From an uncultured Candidatus Saccharibacteria bacterium (GTDB lineage: Bacteria; Patescibacteriota; Doudnabacteria; UBA920), in the NCBI GenBank assembly GCA_964612745.1, contig CAZTCH010000005.1, positions 5,448-69,447 of the forward strand: a DNA stretch of 64,000 bases. Direction: 5' to 3'. How positions within the stretch are numbered: the stretch's first letter is position 1; each line of letters starts with the position of its first letter. Of the stretch, positions 9,376 through 18,000 are shown piece after piece. Made by a program: the position numbers and the translations under genes. The notes beneath the pieces are model-generated. The model was not told the origin of the DNA. It ran no database searches and saw only the letters and a list, made by a program, of their open reading frames with translations.

Positions 9376-10542
9376 TTAAGACGTGAAGACGTGACGACAC
9401 CGCCTTTCTTGCGTTTCAAAATTCACTTCCACCAACCCAAATTTTAACCCATACCCATTATGCCATTCGTATGTGTCCAGAAACGACCAGTACACATAGC
9501 CACGCACGTCTACCCCTTCGGCTCTGGCTTGCAGTGCCCAATGTACGTGCTCTGCAATAAACCTTTGGCGCATGTCGTCACGAGCATTGGCAATACCATT
9601 TTCGGTAATGTAAATTGGTTTTTTATATTTCCCAATTTGTTTTAACAGATAGTACAGTCCTTTAGGATACGTTCTCCAGCCCATGTCATTTTTGCACGCT
9701 TTCTTAGTAGTTCGCCCGCGTACAGATACGGAGTCAAAGAAGTAGTAATTAAGTCCGATTATGTCTAAATGGTCCAGAATCTTTTCTAAAATATATTCGT
9801 TACCTATGTAACTCAAAGCCCGCACCACGGCTCTATCCAATAGATTACTATAGTACGGTTCGTAGAATACATTATTTTTCACAATGCCAACTTGGGCGCT
9901 CGGAAGACACTTCTTTACCTGCTCGTACATAGAGCGGTGAGAAGCTAAAATATTCCGCAGTACGCGTGGCACTAACAACACATTCTTTTTAAATGGCGGG
10001 TGCAGGCCACGAACATAGCTCATGAGCAGCACCACTTCTGGTTCGTTTATAGTAAAGAATATATCCACCTCAGAACCAAGCAGCTCTGCCACCACCTTCG
10101 CATAGTTACCCAACCACTCTGCTATGCGTGGATTTTCCCAACCACCCTTTGCTGCCACCCATTGTGGCAACGTAAAATGCTGTAACGTCACCATGCGTAC
10201 GAGCCCATGCCGCTTCATGTTTTGCAACATACGTCGGTAGTGCTCTACAGATTCCATATCAAGCCTTCCCTCTTCTGGCTCTATGCGTGACCATTCAATG
10301 GCAATGCGAAATACATCAAGTCCCATGTCTTGTGCCAACGCAAAATCTGTTTCGTATCTGTTGTAAAAATCTGCTGCCACACCCGAAACTGGCAACTTGC
10401 CCTGCTGCTCCGCGTACCACCAGTCACTGTGCACATTGTCCCCTTCTACTTGGTGCCCGCTCACTCCCGCGCCAAACAAAAAGCCTTCGGGTAGGGCACC
10501 CATAAATAGTTTTTCAGAATTTGTATTCGTAACTGTTTTCAT
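9376..10542 (-). CDS. Glycoside hydrolase family 1 beta-glucosidase
   Basis: The GH1 catalytic motifs TINEPEV (acid/base) and YITENGIA (nucleophile) are both present. The likely start is the internal MKTVTNT. Confidence 0.8.
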   Translation of the reverse strand: MKTVTNTNSEKLFMGALPEGFLFGAGVSGHQVEGDNVHSDWWYAEQQGKLPVSGVAADFYNRYETDFALAQDMGLDVFRIAIEWSRIEPEEGRLDMESVEHYRRMLQNMKRHGLVRMVTLQHFTLPQWVAAKGGWENPRIAEWLGNYAKVVAELLGSEVDIFFTINEPEVVLLMSYVRGLHPPFKKNVLLVPRVLRNILASHRSMYEQVKKCLPSAQVGIVKNNVFYEPYYSNLLDRAVVRALSYIGNEYILEKILDHLDIIGLNYYFFDSVSVRGRTTKKACKNDMGWRTYPKGLYYLLKQIGKYKKPIYITENGIANARDDMRQRFIAEHVHWALQARAEGVDVRGYVYWSFLDTYEWHNGYGLKFGLVEVNFETQERRCRHVFTS

Positions 10543-10645
10543 ATCCATATACACACAAGCACCACCACCGCTGCAAACACAGATGGGCACCATCTGCCAG
10601 CTGGCGGATGGTGCCCATCAGAAATGCACTTATCAGAAATTCTTA

Positions 10646-12250
10646 CTACGATTGCAATTTCTGCTTTAAAATTTCGTTTATCACGCTTGGATTAGCTTTG
10701 CCTTGCATTTTCTTCATAACCCCACCAACCAGCGCTCCAAATGCCCGCTCGTTACCATTTTTATAATCTTCTGCCGCCTTCGCATTTTCTTCCAACACAG
10801 CGACTATTGCTTCTTCTATTGCTGCCGTATCACTCACCTGTTCGAGTCCCAAGTCTTTCACAAGCTCACTTGGATCCCCGCCAGTTTCGAGCATTTTCTT
10901 GAACACCTGTTTTGCTGCAGCAGAAGAAATAACACCAGAGTCTATCAGCTTGACTAACTCTGCTAAATTTTCTGCTGTCACACGAGAGTCTGCTGGAGCA
11001 CTATGCGCGCTGTTTAGTGCGGCGGAAAAATCCTGCAAACACCAGTTCGCTGCAAGCTTTACTAACTTTTCCTTACTACTGACCGCTTTCTGGCTACTCT
11101 GCTCCGAAAGAATCCATGCGTCCAACTCACTCACAACATCTTCAAAAAAGAATGCCAACTCTTTCCAGTTCAACAAGTTTTCTATATCTGCTTCTGGTAA
11201 AGCGTATTCCTCGCTAAACCGCAGCCGTTTTGCGTTTGGCAACTCCGGAAGCGACCGACGAATTTCCTCTACGTACGCTGCAGTAAACTGAAGTGGAGGC
11301 AAATCTGGCTCTGGCAAATACCGGTAATCATTCGCCTCTTCTTTGCTTCGCTGCTCCACTGTCTGGTTCAATTTTTCGTTCCAACCCATGGTCACCTGCT
11401 TGGGAGTTTCACCACGGAGACGCATTTCCGACTGGCGCGCAATTTCGTAGGTAATCGCCTGCTCTACAAATTTAAATGAGTTAATGTTCTTTACTTCACA
11501 TTTATATGGCGGCAACCCTTGTTCGCCTGGCAAGCGCACCGAAATACTTGGTTCGCAACGCATGCTCCCTTTTTCCATATCTGCATCGCTTGCGCCTACA
11601 TAGCGCGCAATACGCTGGAGCTCTTCCAAGTATTTCCGAGCTTCTTCTGCAGATTCAATAACTGGGTGGGTCACAATTTCTAAGAGCGGTGTACCCGCAC
11701 GGTTGTAGTCAACCAAGCTGTAGGAAAGACCTTCGGGATGCATATTCTTTCCTGCGTCCTCTTCCAAATGAGCCCGTTGAATAAGCACCCGTTTCGTGCG
11801 AGTACGAGGTTTCGAAACCCCACTAGCATCGTTCGTAGCGCCAGCGAATTTGCCCGCCGAAGCTTCTAGCGAAGGCTGGGCTGTTTGCTCGCTATCAGTT
11901 ACTTGAATTTCGATAAAGCCTTCTTTAGCAATTGGATGGTCCAACTGTGAAATCTGGTACCCTTTTGGTAAGTCAGGGTAAAAATAGTGTTTGCGATCGA
12001 ACTGACTCCATTCATCTATAGAACAGTTCAGTGCCAACCCCATTTTGACGGCAAGCCGAATTGCCTCTTCATTTGCCACAGGCAAAGACCCTGGCTGCGC
12101 AGTCACCACTTCATCGACATTCACATTCGGCTGCTCCATATCTAACCTGTTGGGAGCACTACTAAACATCTTCGACTTCGTTTTCAGTTGAATGTGAACC
12201 TCAAGACCAATAACGGGTTTTAGTAAATCAGACATAGTTCTAATTGCCAC
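10646..12250 (-). CDS. gatB: Asp/Glu-tRNA(Asn/Gln) amidotransferase subunit B, with an approximately 30-aa insertion
   Basis: VIGLEVHIQLKT...FDRKHYFYPDLPKGYQISQ...IQRAHLEEDAGK is canonical GatB. There is extra sequence between IEIQV and RVLIQRAHLEEDAGK. Confidence 0.9.
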   Translation of the reverse strand: MAIRTMSDLLKPVIGLEVHIQLKTKSKMFSSAPNRLDMEQPNVNVDEVVTAQPGSLPVANEEAIRLAVKMGLALNCSIDEWSQFDRKHYFYPDLPKGYQISQLDHPIAKEGFIEIQVTDSEQTAQPSLEASAGKFAGATNDASGVSKPRTRTKRVLIQRAHLEEDAGKNMHPEGLSYSLVDYNRAGTPLLEIVTHPVIESAEEARKYLEELQRIARYVGASDADMEKGSMRCEPSISVRLPGEQGLPPYKCEVKNINSFKFVEQAITYEIARQSEMRLRGETPKQVTMGWNEKLNQTVEQRSKEEANDYRYLPEPDLPPLQFTAAYVEEIRRSLPELPNAKRLRFSEEYALPEADIENLLNWKELAFFFEDVVSELDAWILSEQSSQKAVSSKEKLVKLAANWCLQDFSAALNSAHSAPADSRVTAENLAELVKLIDSGVISSAAAKQVFKKMLETGGDPSELVKDLGLEQVSDTAAIEEAIVAVLEENAKAAEDYKNGNERAFGALVGGVMKKMQGKANPSVINEILKQKLQS

Positions 12251-12270
12251 TTAAGTTCCAAAAAACAATA

Positions 12271-12310
12271 TACAAATCTCAAATAAATTCCAAACTACAA
12301 ATCACAAATA
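12271..12310 (+). repeat. Left inverted repeat flanking the four-helix-bundle gene
   Basis: CAAATCTCAAATAAATTCCAAACTACAAATCACAAATAA. Its reverse-complement partner lies at 12685..12726. Confidence 0.7.
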
Positions 12311-12311
12311 A

Positions 12312-12683
12312 TTACTTGTTCACAATAGCAGAAAAAATCTTTTTCAATTCACCAGCTTCTTGCAGCAACCGTACGCCTTCAACTTTATCTACGGTTTCGT
12401 TAATTTCTAAGAGCAAACGTATCCAATACTCTGACTCTTTTGCTTCTTTTCTGCAGATTTTTACTCGCATCACAAAATCCTTTTTACTCAATGACTCATT
12501 AGCTTCAATATAATTAGCACCCACAGAACCAGACGAGCGAACTAACTGCTTGACGTCCTCTAAAGCACTAATCGTTCTTGGCAGAGACCGCACAAACTCT
12601 CGAATATCACGAGCAAAAATAAATGTTCTCTCCTCTAAATCATAGACCTTATCGACCTTATCGTTTTGGCCATTTTGAGTCAT
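12312..12683 (-). CDS. Four-helix-bundle protein (family formerly called 23S rRNA intervening-sequence protein)
   Basis: The 123-aa size and the family-typical segment SSGSVGANYIEANESLSKKDF (S-x-x-AN-I/Y-x-E) support this call. Confidence 0.65.
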   Translation of the reverse strand: MTQNGQNDKVDKVYDLEERTFIFARDIREFVRSLPRTISALEDVKQLVRSSGSVGANYIEANESLSKKDFVMRVKICRKEAKESEYWIRLLLEINETVDKVEGVRLLQEAGELKKIFSAIVNK

Positions 12684-12684
12684 T

Positions 12685-12726
12685 GGATTTTGGAATTTAT
12701 TTGTTATTTGTGATTTGAGATTTGTT
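12685..12726 (+). repeat. Right inverted repeat flanking the four-helix-bundle gene
   Basis: GGATTTTGGAATTTATTTGTTATTTGTGATTTGAGATTTG. Its reverse complement, CAAATCTCAAATCACAAATAACAAATAAATTCCAAAATCC, matches the left repeat. Confidence 0.7.
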
Positions 12727-12731
12727 TTTTA

Positions 12732-14213
12732 CTACCTTGGTAGTTTCTTGTGCCACTCAGTCACGCTCTGATACGCCAAACCAACATCAAATAACTTTTG
12801 CTCTCCCCACTGCGGTCCAATAAGCTGTAAACCAACTGGCATACCATCTGCACTTGGTTGGTTACCTTCGAGTGGCTTTGCAAAACCGCACGGCACCGAC
12901 AACGCAGGCAGCCCCGCAAGAGAGGAAGGTATGTTCAACTGATCCGCAATGTACCCAAACAAAGGATCGTCTGCCGCCTTACCAAGTGTCACTGCGACCG
13001 TTGGGCTGGAAGGTGCTGCAATCACGTCGACGTGCTTAAATGCCTCTGCAAATTCATTTACAATCAAGCGTCGTACTTTTTGCGCTCGCTTGTAGTAGGC
13101 ATCGTAGTACCCTGCAGACAGCACGTAGGTGCCAGTCATAATGCGGCGCTTGGCTTCGTCGCCAAAACCTTCCGCGCGGGATTTTTCATATACTTCTAGC
13201 AAATTTTTTGCCTCGCTCGACACATGACCATAGCGAATACCGTCGTACCGAGATAGGTTCGACGCAATTTCAGCTGGCGCTACAATTGCATAGACCAGTG
13301 AACCATATCGTGTGTTAGGCAAATCAATTTCTACTAATTCTGCACCCAACTTTTCGAGCTCCTTGGTTGCTGCCAACACCCGCTCTTTCACTTCTTCTTG
13401 GAGACCTTCAGGGAAATACTGCTTGGGAATACCAATACGGAGACCAGACAGAGAGGTTGTAGGGGTTAGGTTGTAGGTTGTAGTAACAGACCCTGTAGTA
13501 GAGTCTTTCGGGTCATGACCAGATATTACATTTGCTATTTGCACCAAGTCGGCAACAGAATGCGCGTGCGCACCAGGACTATCGAGACTGCTCGCCATAG
13601 CAATAACCCCATAGCGACTGACTCGTCCATATGTCGGCTTCCAACCAGACACACCACAGAGCGAAGACGGCTGGCGAATGCTTCCGCCAGTTTCGGTACC
13701 AAGTGTCCACGGCGCCATGCCTGCAGCCACAGCAGCAGCGCTTCCACCAGAAGACCCACCAGGAATACGTGAAGTATCCCATGGGTTCTTTGTAGGACCA
13801 TATGCAGATGTCTCTGTAGAAGAGCCGTGTGCAAACTGGTCCAAGTTAGTCTTACCAATCAGTACTGCGTGCTGCTCTTTTAACTTTGCTATAACAGTAC
13901 TATCGTATGGTGGAATGTAGCTATCTAAAATTTTGGAAGATGCAGTGGTTCGAATGCCTGCAGTACAAAATAAATCTTTTGCTGCAAAAGGTATTCCACA
14001 GAGGGGTGGATTTTGGCCACTCGCAGCCATGTAGTCATCCGCAGCACGGGCTTGCGCCAAAGCTTCTTCGCGCGAAATAGTGACAAATGCATTTAGTTCT
14101 GCATTCAGTTTTTCTGCACGTGCCAAAAAATATTCGGTTAACTCTACCGAACTTACTTGCTTGGTGTCTAATAATTCTCGCAACTCATGGATTGTCTTCT
14201 GTTCAAAATTCAT
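12732..14213 (-). CDS. gatA: Glutamyl-tRNA(Gln) amidotransferase subunit A (amidase signature)
   Basis: The amidase signature GGSSGGSAAAVAAG is present. The likely start is the internal MNFEQKTIHELREL. Confidence 0.9.
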   Translation of the reverse strand: MNFEQKTIHELRELLDTKQVSSVELTEYFLARAEKLNAELNAFVTISREEALAQARAADDYMAASGQNPPLCGIPFAAKDLFCTAGIRTTASSKILDSYIPPYDSTVIAKLKEQHAVLIGKTNLDQFAHGSSTETSAYGPTKNPWDTSRIPGGSSGGSAAAVAAGMAPWTLGTETGGSIRQPSSLCGVSGWKPTYGRVSRYGVIAMASSLDSPGAHAHSVADLVQIANVISGHDPKDSTTGSVTTTYNLTPTTSLSGLRIGIPKQYFPEGLQEEVKERVLAATKELEKLGAELVEIDLPNTRYGSLVYAIVAPAEIASNLSRYDGIRYGHVSSEAKNLLEVYEKSRAEGFGDEAKRRIMTGTYVLSAGYYDAYYKRAQKVRRLIVNEFAEAFKHVDVIAAPSSPTVAVTLGKAADDPLFGYIADQLNIPSSLAGLPALSVPCGFAKPLEGNQPSADGMPVGLQLIGPQWGEQKLFDVGLAYQSVTEWHKKLPR

Positions 14214-14287
14214 AACAGTATATAGTGCGCAGTGAACAGTGGAGAGAAATACAGGCATTGCACTGTTGGCTGTCCACTTTCCACTTC

Positions 14288-14569
14288 TTACAATATTGCT
14301 TTCACTTTATAAAAACCGTCTTTCATTTCTGGTGCTTGCGCGAGCAGAGCTTCGCGACTCGCAGACTCGCGCGCGACGTCTGGTCGCTGGGCATTTACCA
14401 GACCAGTCACCTGCGTGATTTCTTCTACACCCTCAACGTCAATCTGGTTTAACTCAGCAACGTAATCGAGCACTGTAGATAAATCTTTTTGGAACTTCAC
14501 AACCTCTTCTGGACTCAGTGAAATCCGAGCCAAATGAGCTATTTTTACTACTTCTTCTTGGGTTAACAT
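14288..14569 (-). CDS. gatC: Glutamyl-tRNA(Gln) amidotransferase subunit C
   Basis: MLTQEEVVKIAHLARISLSPEEVVKFQKDLSTVLDYV is typical of GatC. The gene order is C-A-B. Confidence 0.85.
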   Translation of the reverse strand: MLTQEEVVKIAHLARISLSPEEVVKFQKDLSTVLDYVAELNQIDVEGVEEITQVTGLVNAQRPDVARESASREALLAQAPEMKDGFYKVKAIL

Positions 14570-14619
14570 AGAGCTAGTATACAAAAAAAGGGCGCCCACT
14601 ACAAGGAGGCTATAATGCA

Positions 14620-15075
14620 GTAACGAGTAGCTAGTTGCTAGTTACGAGAAAGAAATAAGTCGTCACGTCTTAAAGTCTTAACGGCTTCACACCAGAAAAA
14701 CAGTAGAGTTAGATGGGCACCATCTGACACCATGCTCGTAGTTATGGTTTTGAGGGTACATCAACACAAGTAAATATAGAACTTACATGTCAGATGGTGC
14801 CCATCTAACGACAGAAAACTAGAAACTCAAAAGTCAAAACGCAAAACTTCAGGTCAAAACTGTAAACTTTAAATTCTGACCAGTTTTTAGTTTGCAGTTG
14901 AAGCTCCAGTCCGCCAACTGACGGATTTGAACTTTGTTATTTGTTTTTTAAAAAGCCGGAGCACCTGCTCCGGCTTTAAACTATTCTCTATTCTCCCCGC
15001 ACCTTGCGGAGCCCCGATGCGGCATCGGGGCTACTCTCTTCTCTTTCTCGTAACTAGCAACTAGCTACTCGTTAC
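14620..15075. mobile_element. 456-bp non-autonomous TIR-bounded repeat unit with perfect 33-bp terminal inverted repeats
   Basis: GTAACGAGTAGCTAGTTGCTAGTTACGAGAAAG at 14620-14652 is the exact reverse complement of 15043-15075. A MITE-like unit is nested inside. Confidence 0.7.
14709..14808. mobile_element. Approximately 100-bp MITE-like element with 21-bp TIRs (TTAGATGGGCACCATCTGACA)
   Basis: TIRs lie at 14709-14729 and 14788-14808. A second full copy is at 48892..48990. Confidence 0.7.
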
Positions 15076-15095
15076 TTAATCCGCCTACCGGCGGA

Positions 15096-18000
15096 TTACT
15101 GCACTTCCTTCAAAAATGGTACCGGCAACCCACGGAAGAACAACACAAGCGGTGTACGAAGGGAGCAAGACAGCGGATACGAATCACAATTAATCTCTTC
15201 ACCTGCTGCAGAAACTGGATCAGTGTAGGAAATTCGCGCTACATTACTAAACCGGAATATGGAAGCCGTGGTCCCTGTGGGGCCTTTGGCATATGCAGTA
15301 TAGACAATACTCAAATACTCATTTTGGGCGAGCCCACCAGCTTTCGCTTGTGATTCAATTGCAAATGTAATCTGCTTCAGAGTGGGATTGTAGACAACGC
15401 TGTTCAACACATAATCACCCCTATCGCATGGGATTCCATTACAATTGAGTGTAACCGTTTTGTCATCCCATCCGGCTGATGGCGGACCCAAGTTAGTAAG
15501 TGTATCCACCACAGTAAAGTCACCACCGACCGTCGCAGTACCAGAATTTACAATGTGTATAGCAAACTCAATCGGACTCCCCTCTGCTACGCTCGCAGAG
15601 CCAATGTCTGCTTCGGCAATCCCATCGGTAGGATTATACGACACCGCACGACCATTCACCGAGACTATATCTTTGTTGGACAAACTTAAATCAGCCCATG
15701 GCCCAGGGAGTGACCCCGTGAGCACTTCTGTATCGAGCAATGTAAACGCTGTGTACTTTGCTAAAACAATATCTATATATGCTGGTACACTGTTCTGCGA
15801 ATCAACTGTGTACGTCACTGCATGCGTGTGTGAGCTGGTAGACCCGTTAGCAGAAAAGCCGCTCCTTACTAAATTATTATTTCCGGGAGCACCAGAAGTT
15901 CCCACCACCGAGCCGCCATGGTTGTGCGTTGCAGAGCCACCGGTAGAGCCAAAACTAGCGCTACCACGAAGCATTCGCTGATAATAGCTACTAGAGGAAC
16001 CAGACACTGTTGTCCAACCAGAAGGCACAGCACCAGTGAAAAAGGCAATCATCCCAGCTGGTGCTGCGGTATCTGCTGTGGCCTGTCCAAAAATTACATC
16101 AATATAAGGTGGTGTGTTAGAAGAGGCAGTCAAAGCAGTGCTCGCAATGGTGTGAGAATGACCGGTTGCTACCGTGGTGTTATTCGCAGTATCACGAAGA
16201 GCCCCAGAATCTACACTAGAAGTGGCAGTAAACGTGTGGGTGTGCGTAGCAGAACCACCAGTGTTTGCATCTGGCCCACCCCGCAAATATGTCCCGTCCA
16301 AAGATGAATACCGAGTCCAACCCGAAGGAACACTGGCGTCAAACAACGCAATGGCTCCAGCTGGAATGCTTGGAGGATTGGTGCGACTAATAAATTTGAG
16401 GTGTTTGTATGGAGGAATGATACTGTCAGTCGAGGACGTCACATTACTCCACGTGTGCGTATGCGAATTAGTTGGATAAAATCCGCCACTAGAGCTTTCG
16501 CCAGTGCTTTGTGATGCTCCAGCAGTTTGGGATTGGTACGTTAAGGTGTGCGAACCAGTATCAGTGCCACCTGTAGCTCCGTAAGAATCAGAAGCACGTG
16601 GAAACTTCCCATACAATGGGTCGCCCACGTTACACGAAATACATGTCCAACCAGAAGGCACCGCACCGGAAGCGGTATCCCAGAGCAACACGACTGTGCC
16701 CGTTAGGCTTCCACCAGGGAGAGTAAAGCAGTCCGCTGCAGCATATAATTTAAACTGATACTGCTCGACAACACTCCCACTTGCAGACACACTGCGTGGT
16801 AACCCAGTTGGGTTGTTTGCAGCACACCCAGAATTAAATAGAGTGTACGGTCCGTATGTGGCAGTATTTGGATCGTACTGACTCACTAACACCTGCGCGT
16901 AAGTAGTATTCGTCGTAGACCACGATACTTGTGGTGTTGGACTACAACTGGTCGCAGGTGGCGTAATAGCACAAGGACTAGAAGGAGTAATGGTAATGCT
17001 ACCTGTGGTGGTGCACCCACCGCACGCATTTTGTGTATACGATTGTGTGTCAGAATCTGTGCCATATGCATTGGTACAGACAATAGTGTAGGTATGACCG
17101 CCCACAGTCGGCACTAAACTTTCTGTATTCGGACCAGCCGCTGTAGCCTTTGACCCTGTCCAATCGTTCGTGCTGCTACTCGCAACACAAGACGTTGGCG
17201 CGTTGGTAGTTGTCCAACTGAGTGTGGTGCTTGCAGGGTACGTACCGGATGTTGGATTCACACTCAGCACCACATCGGGCACCGGAGACACATTACGCGT
17301 AAAATTAGCCACGCCACACCATGTGTTACCAACGGTAGCACTGCTCATGTAAATATGCACATTTATAGTTCCATATTCTGGACTGCCCACTTTGTGACTC
17401 GCTAGATTCACAGACGCGCGCCATGTGCCACCGCCTAAGTTTGTACCAGCATACCAAATAATATCATCTTGCCCACCAGTGTCTCCCCATGTTGGGAACA
17501 CCACCGCAGTCGCACCGGTTACCCCGTAGGCATATACATAAAAAGTTCCGGAAGTACTACCCGTACTTGTCGCTTCTGGCGCGCTGCTCGTACACGCTGG
17601 CGTTTCACCATTTACCAAAACTGTTACCGAATCTGTCGCGGTACCGCCTGCACCCGTACAACTAATAGTAAAAGTAGTTGCGCTGGTCAGTACGCTCGAT
17701 GGGTCAGAGCCAGATGTAGCACCGCCGGTCGAAAACCCAGGACCTTGCGTTGCAGTACAGGAGTCCACAAACCCAGAATTCCACGAGAGTGTTGTTGCAG
17801 CATTGTAGTTCACTGGGTTTGGGCTCGCAGATAAGTTTACATATGGGCCCGCAGGGTTCACGGTTACATCACCACAATGCGCAGACTGCCCGGCGCTCGT
17901 GGAAACATCCACACTAAATTGCCCAGCATTGCCATATTGAGCCCCAATAATTGCCCCACTACCCCACGTACTTGTTGCACCAGGTGTGGACCACGTAAAA

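Noticed and set aside
15445-16479. Plus-strand ORFs (178, 129 and 101 aa) inside the giant protein gene
   Set aside because: They are shadow ORFs of the Gly/Ser/Thr-rich minus-strand gene.
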